DNA of 64,000 nucleotides from Pocillopora damicornis (Eukaryota): NCBI RefSeq assembly GCF_003704095.1, contig NW_020846071.1, positions 1 to 64,000 of the forward strand, read 5' to 3'. Shown piece by piece: positions 1 to 14,200 of this stretch (position 1 is its first letter; each line of letters starts with the position of its first letter). The notes under the pieces were generated by a model. It saw only the letters and a program-made list of their open reading frames with translations, ran no database searches and was not told where the DNA came from. The position numbers and the translations under genes were made by a program.

Positions 1-2135
1 AAGATAAAAATATTATTAATTATTCTTAAAACCCAGACGACTAAAACAGTATGACAGCGTTTTCTTTTCTGTTTTTATTTTTTTAAGGTGTGCAATCCTT
101 CCACACCTAATTAAGACGTCATTGCTTGTTTCGCATCTATATCCCTTGTCTCTACTATTCGTAGGAGTCTCGCTTTCCGTACACAACTCGGGTACGCAAT
201 TCGCAAGGCTTTCGATACTCATATTTGCATGTGATGATAAACAGCCAATCCAGATCGTGCATTTATACCTCTTTATACCGTAAATATGTTATATTCAACG
301 CTAAATGTTCATCTTAAGAAAGCTTCCTTAGATTTTTGCATGATTTTTTNNNNNNNNNNNNNNNNNNNNNNNNNNNNNNNNNNNNNNNNNNNNNNNNNNN
401 NNNNNNNNNNNNNNNNNNNNNNNNNNNNNNNNNNNNNNNNNNNNNNNNNNNNNNNNNNNNNNNNNNNNNNNNNNNNNNNNNNNNNNNNNNNNNNNNNNNN
501 NNNGGGGGGGGTGGGGTGGGGTTGCACCGTGTCACATTCAGGATACCTATCCGACTGTCATGTCGACATTCACGTACTGTTATTCTTATAGAGATATTTT
601 GCTGAATGAGTAACGAGTGAGATATGCCGAGTAGAGTCTCCGCATTTGCACATTTTCATCACCTGAGTTATTAGGTTTGACGTTGTCGACTTAAAAAGGA
701 ATCATTTCAAAAAAGGGTATCATGGTCTCTCCAGGACCCCCCTACCCCCTAGCCGACCCCCCTAGCCCCCTAACCCACCCCCCTTCCCCTACATGAAATA
801 TGCCTAAAATGTTCAAGTCATGGAATGACTTTATGGAGGTCAATGTTGGTTTCATTATGACCTGAGGCATGTCTGAAACAAAAACGCGGAACTGATCGGC
901 CAAATTTATACCGGAACATTAACATCTGACATCCGCTTCAACCCATACTGTATGCTCTTCGTATGCTAATAATCTCTTCCGCGTATTTCGCATTCAAATG
1001 ACCAATCTGGCTTATTTAAGGGAAAAAAACCTTAAACGCCCCAGTTCAAACAGCTATCGAAACGGCGAAGTTCACCTAAGACCCCCTTTTTGGAGCCGAC
1101 AGTGTAAGTGCAGGGAAAACAGAGAAAGCAGAAAACCCTCCCAGCTTACCATTATTAAAAACTATCGCGAGCCTCTGGAAGAGCGGTAAGGCTAATAATG
1201 AACATTTTAACAAGAAATTTTGACATGAGGAAATAACGTTATTCTCGTATCAAGCTTAATAACTTAAAGTAGTGTTGAAGAGATCTTGAAGGAAGATTAC
1301 ATCAAAAAGATTTCTTGATAACGCGACACGACAAAATGCGATACTTAGGAGATCCATTTAACTCATTATTTTTCGACACAAGATGATCTTTCACAACCAG
1401 TTAAAGAGATTTATTTTGAACGATTATCTGAATGAAAACCACGGGATCTGGGGGAAAAACAAGGAATACTCATCAGTGTTGCAATAATTTGAGTCGGTAA
1501 CAATTGTGACCCAGCTGCTAAAACCAGGTGTTGCAGAAGTATCGCGGCTTTAACGAATTCGTCGAATCTATTCCGGTTCCCTTCTGCCCCAGATTCGCTG
1601 AAGCGAACACTGACCGTAGAGGTCTGAATATTCTTCCACTGAAATGGAAATTAGAGTCGCGCTCTGTTTGTGTAACCGTAATAAGATGGTTCTGCTTTTG
1701 TCTAAAACAAATAGAATTAGATGGGAAAAAAATCGTAAAACAGATTAATTTAAGACTGTATCATCATAACTCAAGAAGTCATTCCGTTGTCTTGCTAAGA
1801 CGAGGTCAAATAATTAACCGTTGAACGCCTTTGGCGTAAAATCTATTTTTGTGGCTATTTGCGCGACCATGCGAAGCGCGGTCACGAAGTAAGAAAGGCA
1901 AGAGGCTAATCCGCATTCTTAGTCACGGAATATCGTGATGTATCGTGGCTTCCTTTAACCAAACAAGGAACCTTTTAGTTTCATATCCGCGTTTTGAGCA
2001 TTTTTATGACGTGATGGGAGCCTCTGGTGACGTGGTTTTTTATAAATGCAGGAAATGGATTGTACTTCAATAAATTTGGTTTTTCATCTTTCATTTTGCA
2101 GAGCCTGTGGTGTAATACAGCCTGTTAACTTGGAG

Positions 2136-2218
2136 ATGATGATCAAGGGCTCACTGCTTTTACGAATCCTATTTTTGGTAGTATTTGCCGGATATGCCAC
2201 AAGTTTAAGGGCTGGAGG
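2136..2218 (+). CDS. Gene 1 first coding exon: signal peptide
   Basis: [28 protein letters not shown] followed by a GTGAGT donor. An upstream acceptor (tttcattttgcag, ending 2101) suggests a non-coding 5' exon. Confidence 0.75.
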
Positions 2219-5200
2219 GTGAGTCATGATCGATAGATAAGTCACATACGAGTTATAAAGTAGAAATTTGATAACATTAGGATTTCTCCAATCTTCGCGT
2301 GTGACTCAACTGTTGTCGAAAACGCAAATAAAGAGGGGCTGAAACAGGATCTTCCGGGTAGAGCTGTTTGTCGCCGAAAGGTCGCGAGGCAGTTCACGCC
2401 CCACGGAGTTTATCATAGCATTACCGGTGGTCGATTATCGAACTACGGTGAATGACTCTAATTTCCAGATATTTACTGTCGGTAAAAATGTAATCGTTAG
2501 CTGTTGTTTCAGACATCTTATCATGTGAATTCAAGATAGTTTGGTTTTATCATCTGAGTTAAAAATGTAAATTAGCCCACCGCAGAGAGTTTCTAAAGCT
2601 AAAGTTTCGAGCGTTAGCCTTCTGTCATTCAATCTGTCGAGGGGCTGAAACTCGAAACGTCAGCTTTAGAAACTATTTACGGTGGTCAATTTACGTCATC
2701 AACTCAATTGATAAAACCAAATTATCTTGTTACTCTTCCCCTCCGACGTAGCACCACAGTTTTCGCAAAAAATTACGCCTTTCGTTCATTTGTTTTTCAT
2801 TTTCGTTGCCTTTTATTCTCTAATTGTTTCATCAAACCTTTTCTTGTATCGTAGCATCTCTGTAAACTATTTGATGCAGTTTGTGTAGAATCGCAGTTGA
2901 AAATGTATTTTCAACATTAAATAACGCATCTACCATCTATCTTTTCTGCGTTTGTTTGATTTTGTTTTGCTTTGTGTTGGGTTTTTTTTTTTAACCTGAT
3001 AGTCGTAACGTGCTGACCAGATGGGTAACGACCTACGTAAGTGTTGGATATTCTAGAGCTGTCAGAACAACAAATGGCCGAACGTGTACAAAGGAGTACT
3101 CCTGGGGCTGCTGGAACTGCAGGAGATGTCGGTGAGATTATTTTAACTGTTTGCCTTGTGTAACAGAAGTTTGAAAATATTCAAAACTCTCCTTGACATG
3201 CAACATCTGAATAAGAAGAGAATCGAAGACACTTTTTCGTTTAAAATTGTCAGAGGAAATTGATGCTGCTCGTATACTAGTATACAGTAGCTGTATTTCT
3301 GTCTGTGGGAGTGTTTTGTTATCTGTGTTTGAGAAAATCACATACTCTCTCTCTCTCTCTCTCTGCCTTGATGTCCGTTCTGTGTCTACCTGCCAGCTTT
3401 GTGCCTACGTTTCTCTGGGTCTAGTTTCTAGAAGACGAATCTCCTGATGAGCAGGCTCTACTGCAAAATAAAGAAGAACAAATTTTGCTCGTTTCTCTCA
3501 CAGAACCCTATACAAAACTGTCATTCGAAGTTTTACAAGGAGCGAGGCAAGACAAAAACCAATCTACTACTGTGCGGTAGGATGGAAAGCAAACGGCGAC
3601 GAATGCACCATACGTATGTTTTGTATCATTTAATTTCAAAAAGCGATCAATATAGCTTGCTGATGGAAATAAGGAATCAATCGTGCCTTACTTAGGTGTA
3701 AATGACTGCGATTTTTTTAAAGCAGGAAAAAACTAAAGGTATACGTGTTTAGCAATGAAGGACAGCAGTGTTTAATTATCCTTCTAACTCCCAGAAGTGA
3801 TTAACATGAAATTTCTCCTTATTCCATCCAAACATTATCCAGCAGACAGGTCATGAGAATACTCAAACTTATCAAGTAGGAGTTAATATCTTGATCTAAC
3901 ACCAAATTCTCGAAACTGATTTATAAGGGAGTGTCTGGTGGCTAGTAGGGAGAATTGACAATCAGATCTTGAGGGTCAAAGGGTTATGAATACCCTTTTG
4001 AAATAAGAATACCCGATAAAGCAATAACATAACCAATACACTGACTTTGGTAATTTGTTGTGAAAATAGAAATATGACGAGTCCTACTTCTTATCACACA
4101 CAGCAAAGCATCCATGCAATTAAACTACATTTGTTTCTTTTTTTCTCGTTTTAGCAATTTGCACTGGTGGATGTCAGAACGGAGGAAGATGCATCAGTCC
4201 AGAACTATGTCAGTGCACCTCTGGATGGCAGGGGCCTAAATGTAGATCTGGTGAGAGACCTGGCTTTTTCGGTATTTGATAGTTTGTCAGACAGTTACTT
4301 GAAACTCAGGCACGAGTGAATCGGAAAAAAGGTGTGGGGCGCATGCGCACGTCCGCTTTAGTTTTTGCACTCTTGCTTGGCCATGCAAATAGCTTTGCTG
4401 TTCCATTCTTTACTGCGAATGCCACAGTAAGTGTTGGACCCAAAGTTGACAATTTATTCTTTATCGTGTGGTTTCATTTGGTATTGAAACGAATTTGGGT
4501 ATACGCCTTTTTCCTTGTATCAACAGATGTAAACGAGTGCGTTACGAACAACGGCGGCTGTCAGCATCACTGTGACAATACTGCAGGAAGCTATAGCTGT
4601 TTTTGTGATCCGGGATACAATACTTCTGGACGTCAATGTCCTGGTAGGTAACCTCTCCTTTTGGTAGTGCCCAGTCTTAATGTCACTCGGCATGTAGCTC
4701 CTTTCTGTAGAAGCTATATTTTGATCATACATTGCCGTTTCCACATCGAAAATTTACAATAATGAAGATTCTTATTTTGTGAACGATCTTCTTCAGTGCA
4801 ATGATTGTAAAAGGTGTGGAAAAGAACCTCCAAATAACCTACCCAGGATAATAACAAACCTTCGACAAAACACGCCACGCGCATAGCAAGGTCCTCGACA
4901 CAAGGAGCCTTCCCAACAGATCGAAACCCAAACAGAACAAAACTCTACTGACAATCAATCCCTGTTATTATGAGGACAATTTTTCTTCAATTTCACTCGG
5001 TGATTTGTAAATTCGGAGATTTATCTAATTTTTCTTCGATTTCCCTCAGCTTTTAAACTGTTGTCGAAGGCTGAGATGCTTCGTAATGCGATAAGTTTAT
5101 TTGTAACGATAAGCTCCATACCTGTGTTTTACCAATGTTAAAGTGATTCCATATTTAAGATCCTCAAAAATTACCCCTGCTTTTCTCTTGAAGACATTGA

Positions 5201-8200
5201 TGAATGCAGTGGACCAAACAAATGTCAGCAAAAGTGTGTCAATAAGCCTGGGAACTACTCGTGTGACTGTCACGTGGGATATCGACTTAACAATAACTCA
5301 ATAACTTGCTCAGGTGCGTTAACTATACCATATCACTCTTGTGTCATAGATGCAGTGGATCCAGTAGTTGTGCAGAACTGAACTTAATCGCGGTTAGCCT
5401 GATGGCAATGATATCATTTGTAGGTTTATTAGCTTCTCTGTTCAACTTCTTATCTATTCACGCCAAATTCCTTGAGTCAGTAAATCACGTTTCACCTACA
5501 AATAACAAGACATCATTTAAAATTCAAATATTGGTCCATATTATAGACATAGATGAATGTCCACAGTCTTTATGCCAGTACAAATGTAATAACACTGAAG
5601 GGAGTTTCGTATGCACCTGCCCTAGAGGATATCTGCTGACCACTAATAAGAGGGACTGTGCAGGTAAGATAACAAATATTGTTTGAAAGCTAAAGCTTCA
5701 GTATTCTAATCACCTCGCACATCTCGAATAATCTGTACCAGGTATTAATAAACATGCCATGATTGGAACACAAAGTGAATAAGGAAGAAGCCTTGGTCGT
5801 TCCAGACCTCCCTCTTTGTTTCGCTCTGTCGTGTCATGTCCACAAACTGGAAGCCTGGAACAGGCTTCCTCGCTCGAATCTTTTTGGGCTGTAGCAAAGA
5901 AAAGTTGTAAAATAATCTTCAGAGGGTTACATGAAGAGTTTAAGCTTAAATATTTTTCTCTGCAATGATTATTCCTCGCCGTGACACGCCGGATAAATGT
6001 AAACTGGTTTGAATTTGTGTGACGATCGCAGCGATAAAATTTAGGGCAGCGCCTTTTGAATTTTTTTCCTTTTTCGATTCTCTAAGATCATGATGAATGC
6101 ATTACTGGACATCACACCTGTCATCAGCGTTGTGTCAATCATCCTGGAGGTTACAGCTGCGCATGCAAAATGGGCTTTACTCTCAGTAAAGATAACCACT
6201 CATGTTCAGGTGAGAGGAATATCTTTTAAAGGTATAACGTTGTGGAGATAGAGTGAGAGAGTTGGTAAACTTGTAGGTCTGGTCGCTTGATGAAAAAATT
6301 AAAAAAACCCATCTTTTTTTCAGATGTCGACGAATGCAAGTTAAGGTTTGCTGGTTGTGCATACCAGTGTAACAACACCATAGGCAGCTTCCAGTGTATT
6401 TGTCCAAGTGGATATGTTTTGAACGCTGATAACCGAAGTTGTTCAGGTACGTTGGGATCTTATGTTCAGACACTCACAATGGATTTAGGGCGAGTAGCTG
6501 GATATGGAAATGGGTAATCAGATTTTTCCTTTATCCCACGCGCATGACAAAACCTCTACTACCTCCCTTCAGAAAAAGGACGGTTACACATAACTGAATT
6601 TGTCACCAAGAATTATCACCGAGATTTTCTGATCTCAACTTATGCTCCCACGGGAGTTCTATGTGTTAATTGTTATGATGATTGATCATTCACTTGCAGA
6701 TCGCAATGAGTGCGAAGGTCAGCACAATTGCGGTCAGATTTGTGGGAACACGCCAGGAAGCTATTACTGTACCTGCAGACCAGGGTATTATCTAAGTAGC
6801 GATTTACGGACATGCAAAGGTAACATGCCAGTTAGTATACATGCAGAGAAAAAATTCACTTCACTGTGTCGATACTTATTGACCTACAATACTTTTTCTG
6901 TTCAGTCAAACGCTCTATATATTTTTCCGAAAGGCTTTACAGCCTCAGAACAATTGATAAGTTGAAGACGTATATATTAGGGAAGATAGTGAAGAATTAA
7001 ATAACAGCAAAGAACGTAACATTTGTGGCTAAGGTTACTTCATTCCTTCTCTATTTTAAAAATGAATTAAGAGAAGCCGATAAGCTTTTATATTTTTGAA
7101 TAATCGATAGGAAACGTACTTACAGTCCGTCAACACATTAAGATGCCCTAAAACCTGTTGACAGCCTAGCCTTTTCTAATCCTCTAACTAATTTCCTTGT
7201 AACGAAAAAGCACGTGATACTCAAACAGCTTATTACGGCAACTTTGTCATCAGGGTACCCATGTGCATCAATATCAAGGCCAGCCAAAGGATACATGAAT
7301 TGCTCTGGGAAAACTGTGGATAGCATTTGTCAGTTTACATGTCAGCCTGGGTACGAACTTACAGGATCTCCAGTGCGCATGTGCTTGGCCAATGGCAAAT
7401 GGAGTGGTACTCGCGCTGCTTGTAAAGGTGAGCATGTTGAAGATAAAGCAGCGATACAAATAAAAGACATTCTATAAAAATATATTCAAGCGTCTTGGTA
7501 ACAGTAACAACAACTTCAACAACAAACCGATGATGGTCACATACGGAAATTCCAAAAGTATCTGAATTTCAAAAACAAGTTCCTATTTCTCAGAATTATG
7601 GACAAGCCGTCTCAAAAAAAAAAAAAAACATAAGGACAAAACAAAGAAATTTGATAGCATAGAAATAGACGAGGAGATGGGTAACGATAAACAAAATGCA
7701 TCGCGGCCAGACAACGTTCAAATGGAACCCTAAACAATCAGTATAAGTGACGTTTCATTTTGATAGTTACAAGAATTCTTATGAATAGGGAAAGAAATGT
7801 TTTTCTTTTCGATAACAACGTGTCTGTGGTGACTTTCATTCTTCTTGACTCACTCGAGGGGAAGTCATGAGAAACAGTGGTAGCCTGATGTGCAACTCAC
7901 CTCAGGACGTGGTCAGTTTATAAATGCTTCTTCCATTTTCACTCATTGAATTTTATTTTTCTTTTGCTAGTTAAAATGTGCGATAAACCAGCTCCACCAG
8001 CCAATGGCTTTGTTCAAATTCCTTGTTCAACCACTTACAAGGGAAAATGTTCTTTTGGGTGCCGTTCCGGATTTTTCCTGTATGGAAGTAAAACAGTCTC
8101 TTGCACTGAGGATTCCACATGGTTTCCGATCCCTGGGAAATGTGAAGGTAAGGAGAGAAACAGGAGTGAAGAAAGATTGTCATGAAGTCAAAACAAGGTT

Positions 8201-11200
8201 AAATCGAACTTTTCCTAATGTAGGAGTTAAAGTCCTCAGAGTAACCGTTGATATGAAATGTCTATAGTTTAAAAACGATTGATTTTAGAAATATATCCTT
8301 TTCTTTTTCATCTCATACTATTTCTATCTTAGCATTTATCATCATCATCATTATTTTTTTCTCCATGTATAAGTTGAACCATTGGTCTTTTCTTGGTTTG
8401 CAGCAATAACTGTCTGTCATCCCAATCCTTGTTTTCATGGAGGGAAATGCAATCCCATTAACCGTACACATTTTTGGTGTAACTGCACGAACACAGCATA
8501 CACAGGTGACAGGTGCCATGAAGGTATTTTCCACCAACCGACATATCCTCGGCTTCAACGGGGAAGCAGTGTAAACATCACTTTTAAACTTTCTCCGCCG
8601 GATAAACAGCTTACCGTTACACCGAGTACATCGGGATTAGAATTCGTACCTCGTAGTTTGGTGATCCACCCAGAGCAGTTGGCGGAAGGAAAATTGTATC
8701 ACGCAAACATGGCTATAAAAGCTCTTCTGCCAGGCATGCATCTTACCACGTACACTTTGTCTGGTGTTGGAGCCCTTTCATACCAGGCGTTGCCACCTGA
8801 TATTGTAGTTGTCGTTGAGAATGAAACATCTTGTAATGATGGTTTACTGAGCACCCTTCCTTTGGGATGCTATAAGACCAGACTTCTCCGATGTCCAGAT
8901 AGTGACAATTTTCTATACGCTAGATCAACCGATCCATGGAAACAAGCCCAAGGAACAGTTAGTACTGAAGGAGTTGCTACTCTCATTTCCGTCAATAATC
9001 TCACTTTACCGTTGGGGATTAGAGGAACAGCGCTTGAGAAATTAAATCTCTCACATTACTCAGTCTCATCAGACAACATGTTATGCAAAGCTCAACCACC
9101 AATGGACGTGCAGTGCCTCCCTTCAGAAATCGTAGCATCTGTATTCCTGCAATCCTTAACAACCAGCTTTCCTCGCTGGTTACGCTTGATTCCTACAAAA
9201 ACACTATCGAGCCTTGAGCCAAACGAAGCAATCACTTACTTATGGAGCGGACTTCAACTTAAGGGGATATTGAAAGGACTGGGACTTTTCGTGAACGATC
9301 GCTCCTTTTACTCAGCCCTTTTGTATTCAGGGTCCTTATCAGTTGAGGTAAACAATATGAGTGTGGTACTTCCAAAGTACGATGGTAAAAACAAACACAT
9401 GGTTGTTACAGATATTTGTTCAAATTCATGGCCTGCTGATGCACTCGTTATCTTCAACCCATTGTCTTATAAAGCTTTACAAGCCATGCCAGTTTATAAG
9501 CAACTTGAATCACGGGGCTGGCAAGTAACCGTGATGGCTTTACAGTTTTCAAAAGTTGGTGCCCTCAACTATTCTGTATTTACGAGAAAACGAGGAAACA
9601 AGCTTATCCCAGGAAGTCTGGGATTCTATGGAAGAGTTGCAAAGACCATAAATGGATCTCATCCGGTTGGTTCCTTGGGTGTGCGTTTGGTGGGAAATGC
9701 AATCTTTGGAATATCGAATATCGATGAGGTAAGTGAAACACCTGTTCTCTAATACGCTTTCAATCAAGCCATGGTGGTACATCCAAAGCACGTTCGTGAA
9801 ATAAAAAACTATTTCTCTCTTAGGTATGGAAAGACAATCTATTCTCTTGGAGGGCTGGGATTAACGGAGAAGTGACGGCAGAAATGATTCTATTCTTACT
9901 GGAGCAAAAGGTGTCAGTGGATCTGCGGCTACAGCAAAGTTCTGGAATTGTGGAGTTTAAAGGTTAGTTTGCATTGCCTGTGGCCTTAAGTGTCGACTTT
10001 AAAAACGTTGCTACATAAAGGTTAGTGAGATCTCTACCATTTATAGGGCGTCTCTTTAAAGCAAGAATATAAAAGGGGTTAGGGATCAGTTTGTAATCTT
10101 GCGCACGTTAGATAAATTTGATTGTATCCAAATTTCAATTTTTGTCTTTTGTCAACTGCTAACCATGCCTATTAATTGTATCGCAAGAAAGTCCCCGCTA
10201 AGGCCTATTGATGCCGTTCGAAGTGTTCAGTTCCAAGTGACATTAAGCCAACGAACGTTATCCACAGCATTCTGACAATGTACGTCACAACTAATTCCAA
10301 CGTGCAGATCCTTCGTCTCTTTGAGTCACACGTAATCCACCAAATTTTGCGGTTTGAAAATAGAAATACGCTCGTTTCTTTTTTACTACCAGAATCTCCA
10401 AGCAACAAATCTTGCAAGGCTACAGACACATATGAATTGTCCCTGAATGGATTTTTGGAAAAAGATCCTTTCGAGTCTACCCTTCTTGGCGCCTTCATTG
10501 AAAGCAAAAACAGCAAAGTGTCATTGTACGCGAATTCTCAGCGTCTTATCAACTCCTCTACAAAAGAGCCCAGTGAATCCTCTGCCATCCAGTTGGAATT
10601 TTCACTAACTGGCATTGTAAAATTTGGACCTTTGAGATTTCCTAACATGTCTTTGAGTATTGAGACTTCCTCAGAAGAATTGAAAAAGTGTCATGATCCA
10701 GGCAATATTACGGATTCTGGGTTAATCATTTCCGCTTCTTTTAACCAAGGGGCGGTTCTGGGGAGGTTCTTTTCTTCTCTTGATTCGGATTCTCTGCACA
10801 TTTTCCTACCATCAAATAGCCAGAACAGTTCTGAAAGTGTCCTTGAGACCAGCTTGGCTTTCCTGGGTGATTCGTTTAAGACTCGGGTAAAGATATCAAA
10901 GCAATCCTTAAATTTCGAGAAGGAGATCAGTTTGTTCGACAATTATCGACTGTCCATCAATGGCTCGAGTCAATTGCAGTCATGGGATTTCCTGAGTTTG
11001 AGGGTCAGCGGAACTTTCGGTAAACCTGACGTTAACAGTGATCAAAAAGCACTCGAGGATGCAATCAAAGAAATGATAAGTGATTACATTAAGATTATTG
11101 CTGAAACTACCATCAAACGGCTAAAAGTTTTGCAAGGTATGAGGGACAAAATGAATACAAGGGTAAGCAGAAGCTCATTAAGACTTGCCCAGGCTGAGAA

Positions 11201-14200
11201 TAATACTCATTCAGCCGTTGAGCAATATCTAATAGCCTTGAAAGCCAAAAATGCCGCCATGAAGGAGGTACGAAGGGCAGAAAAGGTTCTGACCAACAGC
11301 ACTGATGAACTTAACGAACTCAAAGAATCTCTTGAGCGTTTGTGTACAATTATAGAATGTCCCTATAGTTGTGTTAACGGTACAGCTTGTAGTACCTGTT
11401 ATGAAGATCTTATCAGCAGGGAGCAAGGAGTCTGTCCCGCAATTTGTCACAAACTCCGGCAGGACCGACTTACTCCATTTTGGAAGACATCAACCTGTGT
11501 AAAAGAGGATTGTGACTTTTCCGGTGGTGACCTTTTGTCTCCTATAGCTTGTAGCTTTGAAAAAATTGGAAAACGAGTCCTTAAACCAGCGATAACAATG
11601 GGAGGTACAGCTCTTTTAACATCCATGGGTGTCCCACCAGTAGCTGCATATGCTATTTCAAGTGGTGTAACAAATGCTGCATTTGAATACGAAGAATCGA
11701 AAGATCCAGAGAAAGCGGCAGAAACTGGTGTCAAATCAGGAGTAGAAGGAGCGGTGGGGTCGGAAGTAGGTAATACCTTAGGCCTGACCAACTCGGACCC
11801 AGATGGAAGTAGTGCCTTGTGGATAGGTTTAGCAACCGGGATACATGAGGCTTCGCAACAATGCAATAGTGGGGGTTCGTGGGACTGCGAATTGGAACCT
11901 TATTCCTGTCCCGAGGAATTATTTAATTATAGGTACATCAACATACCGTTCCAATGCGAGACTTCGTGTGAGGTGAACGTCGTAAGAGAAACGATCGCCA
12001 CTCCGTGCTGCCGAGAGGTGAACTGTGCATCACGAATAAAAGATTTAGAATGCCAGAAAAGGAATGCGTTTTGTCGTATGACAAGGCAAAAGGCCATGTT
12101 GAAGTTGAATTCCGCAAAAAAGAATATTTTGAAACCTCTTATGGAGTTACAGCAAGCAAAGGAAGTATTCAACATTGCTCATATTGAGCTTGTAAAACGT
12201 AAACTTGAGTTGGAAGCTGCATCTGGTGAGCGTGACACTCTTCGAAGAGCACACAGTGCTATTTTAAAAGGGGCTGACATTTTGTTCTTATCGAATGAAA
12301 AGAGTCGTGCTTTCATTCAAGACGCAATTGCGTTAACTCAGCTCTGGAACAGCACTAATGAAACTTGCCCTTTAGACATAAACGAAATTTCGTTCGATGT
12401 GACCTTGTCGTCTCCCTCTGAAACTGTAATACCAGTGCTGTTCAAAATAGCCTCCGCGAGCAAAGAGAAAAACATCTATTCCATGATTGACTTTGTAGCC
12501 CTGAATGATTCTCTCCAGCGAACGGCTAAGCAAATCGTGAATGAACTTTTTGGCAATGTGAATGTCATTCTGCGGTCTGGACATCCATTAAATCAGCTAA
12601 AAAATCCGAAGGGCAATGGAAGAAGAAGGCGCGCCATTGACGAACCGGGCTCTGACGTGACGAAATTAGTGGAATACAAGAGAAAATGTGCTTTGGTAAC
12701 CAATTACAACCGTGCCCTGAGTGACATCATAGGAACTCTATATAATATTTCCAGAAAATCTTTACGTTCCCTTAATAATGTAAAAAACCTCAATTCGGAA
12801 AAATATGCAGAATTCCGAAATCCTTCCCTGAATTTGACTCAAGCTGCTGAGTTCGGGCTCTCTGAAAAGGATATTGATGACTCCATTAATGCGGTGGAAT
12901 CTGACAAAGAGGTGAAGAACGCAGCAAGTTTAATAAAGATTAGAAATGCGACTAACCACAGGAAAGTGCAAACAGCAGTAGATATGGTGTTTAGAGACTG
13001 GGAAGCAAGTATGGAGACTGTGTTCAACCGCACATCACTAGAATGTAGCGGTTTCATAGACTGTATGGAGGACTTTGTTGAAAACTTTCTCTTCCTCTAC
13101 CAAGGGATCGATCTTCCTGAAGCAATTCTTCTGCGGCAACAAATTGCAATCCTCGGCCAAGAAGTTAAAAGTCTTCTTTCTTACGAAGATCTGTCAGTGT
13201 CTGAAGCGGCGAATAAAGCCTCAAATATTCTGAAAAGGCTGAAAGATACTCGAGATGCGAACGTCTTCTGTGCTGTCGCTCCTAATATAACTCAACATCC
13301 AGTGCCAATAAAGAATTTAAAGATAGGGCAAGCGCTCGAGCTGTCTTGCAAAGCGACTGGAGACCCTGCGCCAACTTATCGCTGGAGAAAAAATGGCGAG
13401 ATCATTCCAGGAAGAAAAACAAATACGTTTCGCATCGAGAAAGTGGCAAAAGCCGACGATGGTAACTACACTTGTGAGGCTTATAATCACTTAAGTGTGG
13501 AACCATCAACTCCCTCTCACATAGTTATCCACCCACCTCCTGCTCTGGTGTACCAGCCTCCTAGGAACAAGAACGTACCACTGAACACTGGCTTCTTTAT
13601 GAAGTGTACAGCAACTAGCGTGTCAAAGCCTCTTCGTTATCAATGGATTTACAAGCCTTTTGGTGGAGAAAATTATACTTTGGTTCCCAATGCCACTTTC
13701 TCTGTATTGAACTTTCGCTCCGTGGAGAAAAACAAAGAAGGCTTTTACAAGTGTAACGCGTCCAATCCATTTGATTACACGATATCTCACAATATCCGAC
13801 TTCGAATTCTCGGCTTTTCTTTGGTTGTGCCTTCGCTTGGATTGTCTCTCCAGATTTCCGGTGAGAAAAAACACCTTGAAGAGGCCTATAATGAAAGTAT
13901 CAGCGTAATCGGTGATAACATCAAATTTCGACAGGATGTGGAATCGGGCTTTCATCAAATCGTAAGCAACCTGGTTGACCTTCCTTCTGATGCAGTTCAG
14001 GATCTTTCAGTAGAAGACTGCCAAATGATCTCGCAAAGAAGCGGCAATATCTCCTGTAAGGTTGCCTTTAGATTGCGTAGCTTCAACATGACGGAACCCA
14101 AGACCATGAACAAAACCGCGTCAGAAAACGCCGTTAGTGTTATGGATTCCGCGCAGCAGTTAGAAAGAGCTTTGGCCAAGCTGGTGAACGAGTCTGTTAT

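Noticed and set aside
286-605. ORFs full of X and adjacent G/C runs
   Set aside because: They span an assembly gap, and the homopolymer runs probably caused the gap.
998-1824. Short upstream ORFs (998-1189, 1528-1824)
   Set aside because: No recognisable domain or splice support; probably promoter or 5' region of gene 1.
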